Below, one piece after another: positions 26,084 through 36,135 of a stretch of 64,000 nt of DNA (positions are counted from its first letter, which is position 1; the number at the start of each line of letters is the position of its first letter). A program made the translations under genes and the position numbers. The notes beneath the pieces are model-generated. The model was not told where the DNA came from. It searched no databases and saw only the letters and a program-made list of their open reading frames with translations. Source of the DNA: Bacilli bacterium (GTDB lineage: Bacteria > Bacillota_I > Bacilli_A > RFN20 > CAG-826); NCBI GenBank assembly GCA_017477255.1, contig JAFUXB010000002.1, positions 182,474 through 246,473 of the forward strand, written 5' to 3'.

Positions 26084-26111
26084 CAAAAAAGTTAGCTTTA
26101 GGGGCTAACTT
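26084..26111 (-). terminator. rho-independent terminator of 26169..26852
   Basis: aaaaaAGTTAGCtttagggGCTAACTTtc. Confidence 0.6.
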
Positions 26112-26168
26112 TCTTAAAAACAAGAATTAAAATCCTAATACACTTTTTATAAATTTTAGCTAAATATT

Positions 26169-26852
26169 TTAAATAATAATATCACCGTCAATACAATGTA
26201 CTGTTTTTATATTGGATTCATTTAAAAAGTTTGGATTATTTTGTAATAAATTATTAAATTCTTTTTTAGTGCCTTTATATTCTAAATCACACAATAATTC
26301 ACATTTTTTAAAAATAGAATTTCCGATTATTTCTACAGAATTTGATAAAACAACCGATTTCAAATTATTACAATTTTTAAAAGCTAATTTATCAATACTG
26401 TTTATTTTGTCGCTTATTATTATTTTTTCATAATTAGTTCCCGAATAAATTTCACTTGGGATTTCTGTTATATCAGAATCAGAAAAATCCAACACATTAT
26501 TAACTACTTTTTCAATCTTCTTTGCCATAGCTTGATCTTCGACAATCTTTTTTTCTTCATCTTTATCATCAGATTCAACCATATATTGAAGTAAAACATT
26601 GGTATTATCAAAATAATTAGCTATAGTTTTGAACAATATTCCAGTAATTAATGTGGAAATAGCAACAGGCAAGAAATAAGCAAGTGAGACTATCCCAACA
26701 AAAGCAATTAAAACAAAAGCCAGGATAAAAGAAATAACAGAAATAAATAGCACAATGATTGCATAAATATTAACTGTTGCTGCTTTTTTAATGTTTTGAT
26801 TTAAAATTTCATTTTTTTCTTTTTTGTTCATAATTAATTCACCCTCTCCCAA
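26169..26852 (-). CDS. membrane protein, unknown function
   Basis: 227 aa. Two N-terminal TM helices. 4-nt overlap region with the upstream gene 26834..27973. Confidence 0.7.
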   Translation of the reverse strand: MGEGELIMNKKEKNEILNQNIKKAATVNIYAIIVLFISVISFILAFVLIAFVGIVSLAYFLPVAISTLITGILFKTIANYFDNTNVLLQYMVESDDKDEEKKIVEDQAMAKKIEKVVNNVLDFSDSDITEIPSEIYSGTNYEKIIISDKINSIDKLAFKNCNNLKSVVLSNSVEIIGNSIFKKCELLCDLEYKGTKKEFNNLLQNNPNFLNESNIKTVHCIDGDIII

Positions 26853-27973
26853 TTAGCAAAAACTTCAATATCTTTATAAATTGGAGTTAAATTGTCAAGT
26901 TTACCAATATTTGGATTTACTTCTTCTTTTGTATACCATCCTAAAAATTCATAAGTAGTTTCATCAAATTTAGGATAATCTAATTCATAACCCATTGAAT
27001 AAAAATTCCATCCTTCATAAATTTCATATTCTTTAGTTAATAATGTATTATCATCTTCAAAATAAATATTAGACAATTCTTCATTAATTGATGATAAATT
27101 TAAATTTAATGTAACTTTAAATGAATTTTCAGGAGTAGGAACTTTACTTAAATCACTGATTAATTCCCAACTATTTGATCCAGTTTTTTCATAAATTTTA
27201 AAATTAACTGAATCAAAATAAAAATCACCTACATAACCTAAACTAGATTCAGGGGAGCTTTCTCCACTATACCAAATTGATGTTCTATTATATCTTTGTT
27301 CAATTGTATCTCCACTAGTTAAAGTAAAAATAAGTACGTTTTCGCCAGTATTTTCATCAATCTCTACTAAAACACTAGTAATTGTATTCATTTTTAATAG
27401 TGGAATAGATATAAATAAATTTTCTTTATTAGTATCTAAATATAAATTTAATATGTTTTGACTTTCTTCTTCAATAACTTCAACTGCTTTAATATAAGCA
27501 CCAACATTACCTTTAGGAAGAGCGATTTTATAATCTTCTTTGTTATTAAAAGAAATAATCATATATTTTTGATCACTAATTTCTTCATAAGTAATTCCTG
27601 TAATTAAAGTTCCATCTTTTCCTTGTTTGCCGTTAATTAAAGGTAAAGTTAATTCAATAAATTCAGTTTCTTCTTCGTTAAGATAAGCATTAATAATAAC
27701 TAAATTATTAGTAGAATCAACAATTGGAGAAGAAAAATGATCAATTCCTAGTCCTTTATTTAAACTAAAAGTATAAGTAACTTCTTCTTCACCATTAAGT
27801 GTAACTTTAATAGTTTTAGTTAAAGTTTCTTCATCTATTTCTTCACTAGTACTAGTAATAACATATTTATATTCACCTAAAAATCCACATGAAGAAAAAG
27901 TAATACTACCTAAAAGTAAAAAAGTTGATAAAAATAACTTAGATTTAAACACTTTTTTCATCATTTTACCCAT
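26834..27973 (-). CDS. lipoprotein with C-terminal Listeria-Bacteroides (Flg_new) repeat
   Basis: 379 aa. Lipobox FSSCG. C-terminus YEFLGWYTKEEVNPNIGKLDNLTPIYKDIEVFANWE. Paralog of 27961..29103. Confidence 0.8.
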   Translation of the reverse strand: MGKMMKKVFKSKLFLSTFLLLGSITFSSCGFLGEYKYVITSTSEEIDEETLTKTIKVTLNGEEEVTYTFSLNKGLGIDHFSSPIVDSTNNLVIINAYLNEEETEFIELTLPLINGKQGKDGTLITGITYEEISDQKYMIISFNNKEDYKIALPKGNVGAYIKAVEVIEEESQNILNLYLDTNKENLFISIPLLKMNTITSVLVEIDENTGENVLIFTLTSGDTIEQRYNRTSIWYSGESSPESSLGYVGDFYFDSVNFKIYEKTGSNSWELISDLSKVPTPENSFKVTLNLNLSSINEELSNIYFEDDNTLLTKEYEIYEGWNFYSMGYELDYPKFDETTYEFLGWYTKEEVNPNIGKLDNLTPIYKDIEVFANWERVN

Positions 27974-29103
27974 CTAGCCCATAAATTAGTATCACTATTA
28001 ACTACTGTTAAATCAGTAAATGATCCTAAATTTACATTATATTTTCTTGAAGTATACCATCCAGCAAACGAATATCCATTAGTACATGTAGGAAGAGGTA
28101 ATTCATAACCTTCACTATAAAAATTATATCCAGCTTTAATTTCATATGAACTTTCTTCACCATAGTTAAAACTTGCTGTAGCATCACTAGGTTCATTTAA
28201 ATTAAACGATACTGTATAAGTTTTATTAACTGCTGGGGTTGATCCTAAGTTTGCTACTACTTTCCATTTAGTGCCTGTAGCACTTACTTTTTGATAAATA
28301 ATAAATTTATTAGTATTAAAATAAAAATCTCCAATATTTCCAAAATCTGTGATATTTTCACTATTTGGATCATAAGTTCCTGTAAACCATTTAGTTACTG
28401 TTCCTATATCCATTGGTTCACTAGATTCGCCATTATTATAATAAATTACCATTTGATAAGAATTAGATATATCATCAAAAATAACTTCGACATAATCTAT
28501 TGATTTAGCTGCAGGAATTTGAATTGTTCCTAAAGGATGTTCTTTATTAATATCTCTATAAAAAGTAACTACTGTTACGCCATTTGGTAAAGTTTCATAA
28601 TCAATTGCAACTACTCCATCTCCGTCCTCTCCTTTTTGTAAAGGGAAAGAAATTGATGGAGTTTCATCATCAAATTCGATAATAATAATTGGATTACCTT
28701 CTTCATCAACTCCTTCAGTTAATGATTTAATTCCTTTACCATTTTTCCCATCTTCACCTTTAATTAAAGGCATTAAAATAGTTTTTTTAGTTTGATGATC
28801 ATCGTTATAAGTAATAATGAGTTCTACTTCATTAGTAGCTTCATTAAATTTACCTACTTCAATATTTTTAATTCCAGTTCCATCAGATAAAGTAAAAGTA
28901 TATGTAGGAAGAGTTGAGTTAGCACCAAATTCAATTGTTATTTTTTGTCCAATTACATTATTATTTTCATCTTTTATATCTTCATGAACAAAACTAGAAA
29001 TTGTATATTCATCACTTCCAAAAAATGAACATGATGAAGCAAAACTTCCTAAAAGTAAAACACTAGATAAAGCTAAAACTTTACTAAATTTAAACTTTCT
29101 CAT
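27961..29103 (-). CDS. lipoprotein with C-terminal Flg_new repeat (paralog)
   Basis: 380 aa. Lipobox FASSCS. C-terminus YSFAGWYTSRKYNVNLGSFTDLTVVNSDTNLWARW. Confidence 0.8.
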   Translation of the reverse strand: MRKFKFSKVLALSSVLLLGSFASSCSFFGSDEYTISSFVHEDIKDENNNVIGQKITIEFGANSTLPTYTFTLSDGTGIKNIEVGKFNEATNEVELIITYNDDHQTKKTILMPLIKGEDGKNGKGIKSLTEGVDEEGNPIIIIEFDDETPSISFPLQKGEDGDGVVAIDYETLPNGVTVVTFYRDINKEHPLGTIQIPAAKSIDYVEVIFDDISNSYQMVIYYNNGESSEPMDIGTVTKWFTGTYDPNSENITDFGNIGDFYFNTNKFIIYQKVSATGTKWKVVANLGSTPAVNKTYTVSFNLNEPSDATASFNYGEESSYEIKAGYNFYSEGYELPLPTCTNGYSFAGWYTSRKYNVNLGSFTDLTVVNSDTNLWARWVK

Positions 29104-29105
29104 AA

Positions 29106-31535
29106 CTAACTCCTTCCTCTAACAATTAAATCTTCTCTTGATGGTGATTCTTTATATAAATATGGTTTATCAGTATATGTACCATTTGTAATAAAATTAA
29201 ATGCATTAAATCCTGCTGCGACTGATACACATTTTTGTAATATATCAATATATCTATTTCCTGAATTGCCATTCATTGAGTTTTCCATAATATTTACATG
29301 TAAATCTTCGCCAAAATCGATATTATTTAATGATGAACTATCTACAGTAGATAAATTAATTCCTCCACCATAATAAGCAACTTCACTATTTAAATATGAT
29401 TTTCCTTCTTCTTTGTAGATATATTTTTTATCTGCTGCTAAGCTAGAAACTAACTTTTTCATTGGGAAATAATAATCAATTGGGATTCGATCCATTTCAA
29501 AATCATCTCCAAGTACTGATTTAGCAAATTCTCCAATTCTTTCTTCAATAAGACATGAAGCATCTAAATCTTCAATATCTTTAAAATCATAAAATTTAGT
29601 ATCACCAACTAAATTTAATTTTGATGGTCTCATTGTTGCGCCTACGTTGTTAGGGAGTGCAAAATCTAGACCAAATCTATTAAATGTAGCTTTGATGTAA
29701 CTTGGCATACCATTATATAAGAAACATCCATTAAAATAAGTATCAAAAGCTATAGCAAATATTCCAGATTGATTAAAATAAGTGTCTTTTACTGTAATTT
29801 CTTGACCAAAATCTACTTCATCTCCTTTTAAATAAGGATTATCAAGTTGAGATTGGAAAGTATTAAGCATACTAATAGTTTCTTCGCTATCTCCTTGACC
29901 TTGAATAAATTCATTAAATATTAAAGAATCAGCACTAATTCCTTCTTTTTTATCTAAGAAATCTCCAAGTCTTCCATCAAAAGTTTCACCATCAAAACTA
30001 TAATTTACATATTGTCTTAAATCAGTTTCTTTATATTCGTTACATCCAATTTTAAGTAAAAATTCTCTACTATTTTGAAGTAATGAATTTTCAAGTAAGA
30101 AATTATCACTACTATAAACTCTCACTGCGTTTCTTGTGTTTTTAACTGTAACATTTTTTAAAGTTACATCTTTTGCATTAACATCAATTCCTGTTCCAAC
30201 AAATTCTAAATTATAAATATTATTAGCGTAGTTATCACAGTTAATTACATTTAAATCATTAACCGTTACTCCTTCTTTATCAATATAAATTAAAGAATTA
30301 TCTTGTCCAAAAGCTTTAACAATTGGAGCTTCAAAATCTCCAATTGATACAAATGTTAAAGGTCCTGTAAATAAATCACCCTTTGTACTATCAGGAGTTA
30401 ATATTCCAGTATATTGATTAATTGAACCATTTATTGGGTAAGTTAAATTTCTACCATTAACAGTAAATCCATTTCCATAAAAATCTTTTTGGATATGAAT
30501 TCCACTGATTACTTCGTTTTTATTTGTATTTTCACCATAAATTTGTTTAATAAATTTATCGTTATATGTAGTTTTAAAACGATATACTTCATTATTAAAA
30601 CTAAATGAATTTTTATTTAAATTACCAAAAAGTCTTGTTGATTTATTCTTTAATTCATCAGTTCTATTTCCGTTATTATAAACATAAGTGTTTTCTAAAG
30701 ATTCAAGATTTACTTGTAAAACACCTATTTCTCCACTTCCTCTATTTTTATTAGTAATAGCAAGTAAGTCATTATATGAATAAACATTACATCCATCTTT
30801 AACTATATTTAAATCAAGATCTTTTTTAAGTTCAATTTCATTAGTTAATTGTGCACTAAATGAAATTTTAGCTTCACCACTATTTTTAATAGTTAAAGCA
30901 CTATTTTTTTCATCATAATTTAATGTAGTTGATGTAATATTCTTCACTTTTAAAGGTAGTCCTTCTGGTAAAGTTTTAACTTTTAAATTGATATTTGCAT
31001 TATTTTTCCTGTAACTACTAGGATCGGTATAAACTAAATCATATTGACCAAAATATCTTTTTCCTGTAATTGATTCACTACTTGAAGGATATTCGAAGTT
31101 GATAATAATTGTTCCTTCATTATAAATTTCGGCATTAAATGTAGCGCTGGCTGTTCCTTTTTTATTTCTACATCCAACAGTTACAGTTCCTTCATTTTTA
31201 GCAAATAAATACCATTTTTCTTCTTCTTTTTCGACTACTTCAGCAATGTTTGTGTCTCCATTAATAAACCAAATAAGTTCATTATCACTAGCTAGTTCTC
31301 TACTTCTATCATAAGTTAAATTACATCTAAGTTCAGTATAAGGATTATCATTCATTTCATTTAACATTTGAAATCCTGTATATTCATCAAAAATACCATC
31401 AAAATCTATTTTTTGAATATCATTAGGTAATTCTCTTATTCTTTGTTTAATAAGGGCAAAACTTAAAAGACTCACAATAAATGGAGCAATAAGTAAGATA
31501 TAAAGTGTTTTTTTAGATCCGGATTTTGCCATCAT
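29106..31535 (-). CDS. membrane-anchored surface protein with Big_2 domain and right-handed parallel beta-helix repeats
   Basis: 809 aa. N-terminal TM helix. Big_2 block IWFINGDTNIAEVVEKEEEKWYLFAKNEGTVTVGCRN. Beta-helix repeats NVTVKNTRNAVRVYSSDNFLLENSLLQNSREF. Confidence 0.8.
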   Translation of the reverse strand: MMAKSGSKKTLYILLIAPFIVSLLSFALIKQRIRELPNDIQKIDFDGIFDEYTGFQMLNEMNDNPYTELRCNLTYDRSRELASDNELIWFINGDTNIAEVVEKEEEKWYLFAKNEGTVTVGCRNKKGTASATFNAEIYNEGTIIINFEYPSSSESITGKRYFGQYDLVYTDPSSYRKNNANINLKVKTLPEGLPLKVKNITSTTLNYDEKNSALTIKNSGEAKISFSAQLTNEIELKKDLDLNIVKDGCNVYSYNDLLAITNKNRGSGEIGVLQVNLESLENTYVYNNGNRTDELKNKSTRLFGNLNKNSFSFNNEVYRFKTTYNDKFIKQIYGENTNKNEVISGIHIQKDFYGNGFTVNGRNLTYPINGSINQYTGILTPDSTKGDLFTGPLTFVSIGDFEAPIVKAFGQDNSLIYIDKEGVTVNDLNVINCDNYANNIYNLEFVGTGIDVNAKDVTLKNVTVKNTRNAVRVYSSDNFLLENSLLQNSREFLLKIGCNEYKETDLRQYVNYSFDGETFDGRLGDFLDKKEGISADSLIFNEFIQGQGDSEETISMLNTFQSQLDNPYLKGDEVDFGQEITVKDTYFNQSGIFAIAFDTYFNGCFLYNGMPSYIKATFNRFGLDFALPNNVGATMRPSKLNLVGDTKFYDFKDIEDLDASCLIEERIGEFAKSVLGDDFEMDRIPIDYYFPMKKLVSSLAADKKYIYKEEGKSYLNSEVAYYGGGINLSTVDSSSLNNIDFGEDLHVNIMENSMNGNSGNRYIDILQKCVSVAAGFNAFNFITNGTYTDKPYLYKESPSREDLIVRGRS

Positions 31536-33154
31536 TAAATCCTCATTTTGATAAAGCTATTATTAATTATCTTTTTAAAAGGTAAAATAAGAGCAACGTT
31601 TGTAATTACATAAAGTAAAATTACAATAATATACATTAAGGCTTTTGAAACTTGAGCATACATAAATAAGAATATAAGTCCAAAAGTAATAAGAGGTAAA
31701 ACAATTGATAAAACTGTCGATAAAAACTCAATATTTGATTTTTTATTTTCATTTAATTTAGCGAGATCTATATATACTCCTGCTACACTAAGTGATAAAA
31801 GAAGCATTAATCCAGCTAGTAACGAAATAAAGAAAGCAAGTACTGAAATTTGTTTTCCTATAGCAAGTACTAAAAGAGTTAAAATTAAACTAAATGAAGA
31901 AAAAGCAAATGGAATAATCATTTTACAAATAGTTTGTTTTAATGGGCTAATTGGAATATATTTAACTATTTGAATTGCTTTTTGTTCTCTAGAATAAGCA
32001 TCCATTGTAGAACTTGCAATAATTGAAGAAAATAAAAGAATTAAAGTAATATTAAGTGCATTTATAAATTCACCATAATAATGTAAAAACATTTGTTGGT
32101 TTGTATAAAATAAAGTATTAAGTGAATTAATAACAACAAATGCTAAAAATGGTTGCATTATAAGTAAAGAAGTATAACTAAATACATAATTTGAATTTCT
32201 AAAAATAAGTACAAATTCTTTTTTTAAGAGGGTTTTAGTAGGGTTTTGAAGTAAAATCTTACTAGATTTCATAGTTTTAGATTCATTAGAACTAAATTCA
32301 CCTTTTAAGAAATTAGTATATGATTCAGTTGCTATAAAATATCCTAAAACGAGCGCTATAACACTACTTCCTACACTAATCATTATGTCTTGTAAAACAT
32401 TTACTTTTCCTAGTCCTAAATCCATAAGTTGATAAGTAGGAACAAAGAATTTAGTAGCTTTATGAAGCTTTTCTACAAATGCTCCACTAATTAAAGTGTC
32501 AAGTTTAGCATCATTTACAAGTGTCATAAATAAATTAAGTACGTAGTTATATAAAATACACAAAGTAATAACTAAAATACTTCCTAAAGCAATTTGTAAA
32601 ATTGGTTTAGGTTTAATAAAATTGTAAGCTTTATTATATAAAGGCAAGATAATAAGCGTTAAACCAGTTGATATAAAACTAGAAAAGAATGGGTATAACA
32701 CACTAAAAACATAAAATTTAGTAGTAATTCCTGATTCAAATCCTTGTTTAATTCCAAATGTAAAAAGTAATGGAATAGTAATAATTGCACTAGTTAAAAC
32801 GTTATTTAAATAAGTAAATAAAGCTTTTGAAAATATAATTTCATCATTATTAATTGGAAGATGTAACATAATTGATGAATCAATTCGTTTATAAAAGATT
32901 TCTCGAGCTCTTAAAGTCGTAGAAATCATAGAAACAATTAACATGACAAATAATATTAAAATTAAGAAATCATAAGATCCAAACGAAGAAAATTCTTTTA
33001 ATTTTGGTTCAAGTTTAGAAAAAATAAATACTTCTAAAAAAACTATAAGTCCATAGACTAAAACTCGACCAACCCATCTTAAAATGGTTTTGACTTTACT
33101 TGATTCATAAGTCTGAGACTCTTTAAATTCTTTATGAAGTAATTCAAGTAACAT
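31535..33154 (-). CDS. polytopic ABC-type permease (partner of the REC-ABC ATPase)
   Basis: 539 aa with at least 10 hydrophobic helices. Start overlaps the stop of 33154..34317, and the stop overlaps the start of 29106..31535. Confidence 0.7.
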   Translation of the reverse strand: MLLELLHKEFKESQTYESSKVKTILRWVGRVLVYGLIVFLEVFIFSKLEPKLKEFSSFGSYDFLILILFVMLIVSMISTTLRAREIFYKRIDSSIMLHLPINNDEIIFSKALFTYLNNVLTSAIITIPLLFTFGIKQGFESGITTKFYVFSVLYPFFSSFISTGLTLIILPLYNKAYNFIKPKPILQIALGSILVITLCILYNYVLNLFMTLVNDAKLDTLISGAFVEKLHKATKFFVPTYQLMDLGLGKVNVLQDIMISVGSSVIALVLGYFIATESYTNFLKGEFSSNESKTMKSSKILLQNPTKTLLKKEFVLIFRNSNYVFSYTSLLIMQPFLAFVVINSLNTLFYTNQQMFLHYYGEFINALNITLILLFSSIIASSTMDAYSREQKAIQIVKYIPISPLKQTICKMIIPFAFSSFSLILTLLVLAIGKQISVLAFFISLLAGLMLLLSLSVAGVYIDLAKLNENKKSNIEFLSTVLSIVLPLITFGLIFLFMYAQVSKALMYIIVILLYVITNVALILPFKKIINNSFIKMRI

Positions 33155-34317
33155 TAAAGATTTTCTACTCCTTCTCCATAAACTTTAAAGAAAACACGTT
33201 TAAGGTCTTTTCTTTTATAAGGTTCTTTTTTAAAATCAAGTTCAACTGCTATTTTTCCTTCATTAACAATTGCAACTTTATCACAAATTGCACTAACTAG
33301 TTCAATATTGTGACTTGTAATAAATATTGTATTTCCAGCTTTTGCATAGTCTCTAAGCATTCTAAGTAAAACTTCATAAACCATGATATCTAGACCTACC
33401 GTAGGTTCATCTAAAACCCATAATTTAGGATTATGAATTAAAGAAGCCATTAAGCATACTTTTTGCTTCATACCATGTGAATATTCACTTATTTTTCTAT
33501 TTAAATCAGCTTCTGGTAAATCAAATTTACGTTTTAAGAAGTCATAGTTAGCATCAAATGAGCTTTGAATCATTCCATAACTACTTCCAATAAATTCTAA
33601 AAATTCTTTACCAGTCATAAGTTCATATGCTGTTGGTTCACTTGGGACATATCCAAATAATTTTTTAGTAGCAACTGGATCATCTTTAATTGATTGTCCA
33701 AATATTTTAATATCTCCGCTATTAAAATCTTTTAGTCCTACGATAGCATCAATTGTAGTTGATTTACCGACACCGTTTTTTCCAACAAAGCCATATATCT
33801 CACCTTTTTTAACATATAAAGAGATACCTTTAAGAACTTCTTTTTTACCATAAGATTTATAAACATCATCGATTTCAAGAGCGATTTCATCGAGCTTTTT
33901 AGTAATATGATTTGCTCTATAATGTTCAATAATTCTCATGATTCTAGCTAAAATTACTTCGCTAGATTCAAAAGGTTTTTTAATAAAATCCATTGCGCCA
34001 AGTTTTAAACACTCGACTTCTTTTTCTTTATCACTAGTTAAAACAATTACAGGGATTTCACTAATTTCTGGATTTTCTTTTTTAAACTTTAAAAAAGCAA
34101 TTCCATCCATTTTTGGCATGATTAAATCAAGTAAAACAAGGTCAATATCTTCAGCTTCTTTTTTTAAGATAGCAAGGCCTTCATCGCCATCTTTTGCAAA
34201 AAGACATTCACACTCATCTTTAATGATGTTAGCTAAAATCTCGCGATTGATTTCTTCATCATCAATTATGAGTACTTTACTAGCTTTTTCCTTTAATAAA
34301 CTTGAATCATTAGCCAT
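33154..34317 (-). CDS. response-regulator receiver (REC) domain fused to an ABC transporter ATP-binding domain
   Basis: 387 aa. REC residues KVLIIDDEEI, DLVLLDLIMPKMDG, VIVLTSDKE and KLGAMDFIKKPF. ABC Walker A GKNGVGKST, degenerate signature YSHGMKQKV, Walker B LWVLDEPTVGLD and H-loop FITSHNIE. Confidence 0.8.
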   Translation of the reverse strand: MANDSSLLKEKASKVLIIDDEEINREILANIIKDECECLFAKDGDEGLAILKKEAEDIDLVLLDLIMPKMDGIAFLKFKKENPEISEIPVIVLTSDKEKEVECLKLGAMDFIKKPFESSEVILARIMRIIEHYRANHITKKLDEIALEIDDVYKSYGKKEVLKGISLYVKKGEIYGFVGKNGVGKSTTIDAIVGLKDFNSGDIKIFGQSIKDDPVATKKLFGYVPSEPTAYELMTGKEFLEFIGSSYGMIQSSFDANYDFLKRKFDLPEADLNRKISEYSHGMKQKVCLMASLIHNPKLWVLDEPTVGLDIMVYEVLLRMLRDYAKAGNTIFITSHNIELVSAICDKVAIVNEGKIAVELDFKKEPYKRKDLKRVFFKVYGEGVENL

Positions 34318-34335
34318 ATTTTCTCCTAAAAATAA

Positions 34336-34749
34336 CTATGCTGTAGTTGTTGATCTAGTAACACTAGCCACTACACCAAATGAAATTAGAGTACCATAAA
34401 CAACATAAAAAATTACGACAGCAATAAATAAAACTGTTCCCGCAAGTCCTAAAAAATAGCCAATTTTGCCATATATATGCTTATCTTTAGTCTTTTTACC
34501 TATACTCATAGCTAATATATTAAAAACTATTCCGATAACACCGAAATCTAAAGCTAAACCAATAACACCTAAAACTAAACTGACTAATGCATTTTGTTGC
34601 TCTTCTTTACTTATAGCTTTAGTTTCATTGTTTATAGCTTCAATTTCTTTTTTACCGAGCACATGTTCGAACTTTTTGCTACCACAATCAGGACAAACTC
34701 TAATGTCTTCATCTTTGGTTTCATATCCACAATAACTACATTTTTTCAT
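34336..34749 (-). CDS. small membrane protein with N-terminal zinc ribbon
   Basis: 137 aa. CSYCGYETKDEDIRVCPDCGS followed by three TM helices. Confidence 0.65.
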   Translation of the reverse strand: MKKCSYCGYETKDEDIRVCPDCGSKKFEHVLGKKEIEAINNETKAISKEEQQNALVSLVLGVIGLALDFGVIGIVFNILAMSIGKKTKDKHIYGKIGYFLGLAGTVLFIAVVIFYVVYGTLISFGVVASVTRSTTTA

Positions 34750-34751
34750 AA

Positions 34752-36134
34752 TTATTTATCCTTTTTCGTTTCATCCCATAATTTTTTAATCCAAATATAC
34801 TTCTTCTTTCCGATTTTGATTTCATTAAATGAACCATTACAATCAAGACAAGTATATAAAGATGATTCACTATGCAATAAGTGAGTTTCCCCACAGAATG
34901 GACATTTATTAATTTCGTCGATATAAACTGGAATTAATATTCTAGTTGATTTAAAAATATTAAAAATTTCTAAATCACTATAAATTTCTTTTTCATAATT
35001 TAATTCACAAACATTATTAAAGTTTGGAGTTAAATTATTATTTGTAACGTAAATACATTCATCATATTCGTTTTCATTAAACTCTTTTTTATCTTCTAAA
35101 GCATAGACAAATCTAATTAAAATACGATGAGATACGTTATTTAATTTAATATTTAATGTAAGTGATTTATCATCTTCATTAATTTTTAAAGAGTATGCAA
35201 ATTTATCTAATTTAAACTTAATTAAAACTCTACTTGTTACTAAATCTTTTTCATTTAAGCTTAGATCTACAAGGTTTTCGAGTTTAAATTCATCATTTTC
35301 ACTTATAACATGAAGTAATCTAATAACTGCGTAATTGAAGAATAATTTATCAAAATCTAGTTCTTCTTTTACTCCAAATAAGTTTTCTTTATAAAACCTA
35401 TAAACTTTGTTATATCTTCTATCATGAAGTATAGTGTTAGTCATATTAATTGGAAGATGAAAAGATGTATCTTCTAATTCTTTATAAAATTTATGGAGTT
35501 TTAATCTTTTTGCTTTTTTATGGATTTCTTTTAATGCATTAAAATTTACATTAGTTAATCCTTCATTAAAAACATATTTAGATATTGCTTCATTTTCATT
35601 AAATAAATTCTCATAAATTGATAATCTAGATAAACTAGCTTCGTTAGTTTCATAATATGTTTTTAATGAATTAGATGGAGTTAAACTTAAATCTTTATAA
35701 GTTTTAAGCATCGTTAATATTTTTTTAAAAACATAAATAATGAATCTATTTTCATAATTATTAATTGTATCGATATATTCGACACTATAAACTTGTTCTG
35801 GAGTCATTTTTCCATTTTTATCCTTCCATAAAGCAGGATCTTTCATAGTTTTTGTAAATGATTCTTCAGTTAATATTGAAACAAGTTCACTACGAGTAAT
35901 AATTTCTTCAGTAGTAGTTTGAATATAAGGATAATTCATAATATTAATTAAAATATCTAAAATATTATTTAATTCAGTTATGAATTTTTCTAGTTCTACA
36001 TTATCTTCACTAGCAAGAGGTAATTTTTTAGTACCTTTAAAAATATTAGTTGTAGACAAAGTTAAATCTAAAGATTCATTAAATCTAGAAACTAATTCAT
36101 TATTAAAATTAACTAAAAAACTATGATTTGCCAT
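34752..36134 (-). CDS. uncharacterised protein with C-terminal zinc ribbon; candidate partner (McrC-position) of the McrB-like ATPase
   Basis: 460 aa. C-terminus CPFCGETHLLHSESSLYTCLDCNGS. Sits directly downstream of the McrB-like gene, 2 nt apart. I could not identify a clear PD-(D/E)xK motif. Confidence 0.6.
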   Translation of the reverse strand: MANHSFLVNFNNELVSRFNESLDLTLSTTNIFKGTKKLPLASEDNVELEKFITELNNILDILINIMNYPYIQTTTEEIITRSELVSILTEESFTKTMKDPALWKDKNGKMTPEQVYSVEYIDTINNYENRFIIYVFKKILTMLKTYKDLSLTPSNSLKTYYETNEASLSRLSIYENLFNENEAISKYVFNEGLTNVNFNALKEIHKKAKRLKLHKFYKELEDTSFHLPINMTNTILHDRRYNKVYRFYKENLFGVKEELDFDKLFFNYAVIRLLHVISENDEFKLENLVDLSLNEKDLVTSRVLIKFKLDKFAYSLKINEDDKSLTLNIKLNNVSHRILIRFVYALEDKKEFNENEYDECIYVTNNNLTPNFNNVCELNYEKEIYSDLEIFNIFKSTRILIPVYIDEINKCPFCGETHLLHSESSLYTCLDCNGSFNEIKIGKKKYIWIKKLWDETKKDK

Positions 36135-36135
36135 A

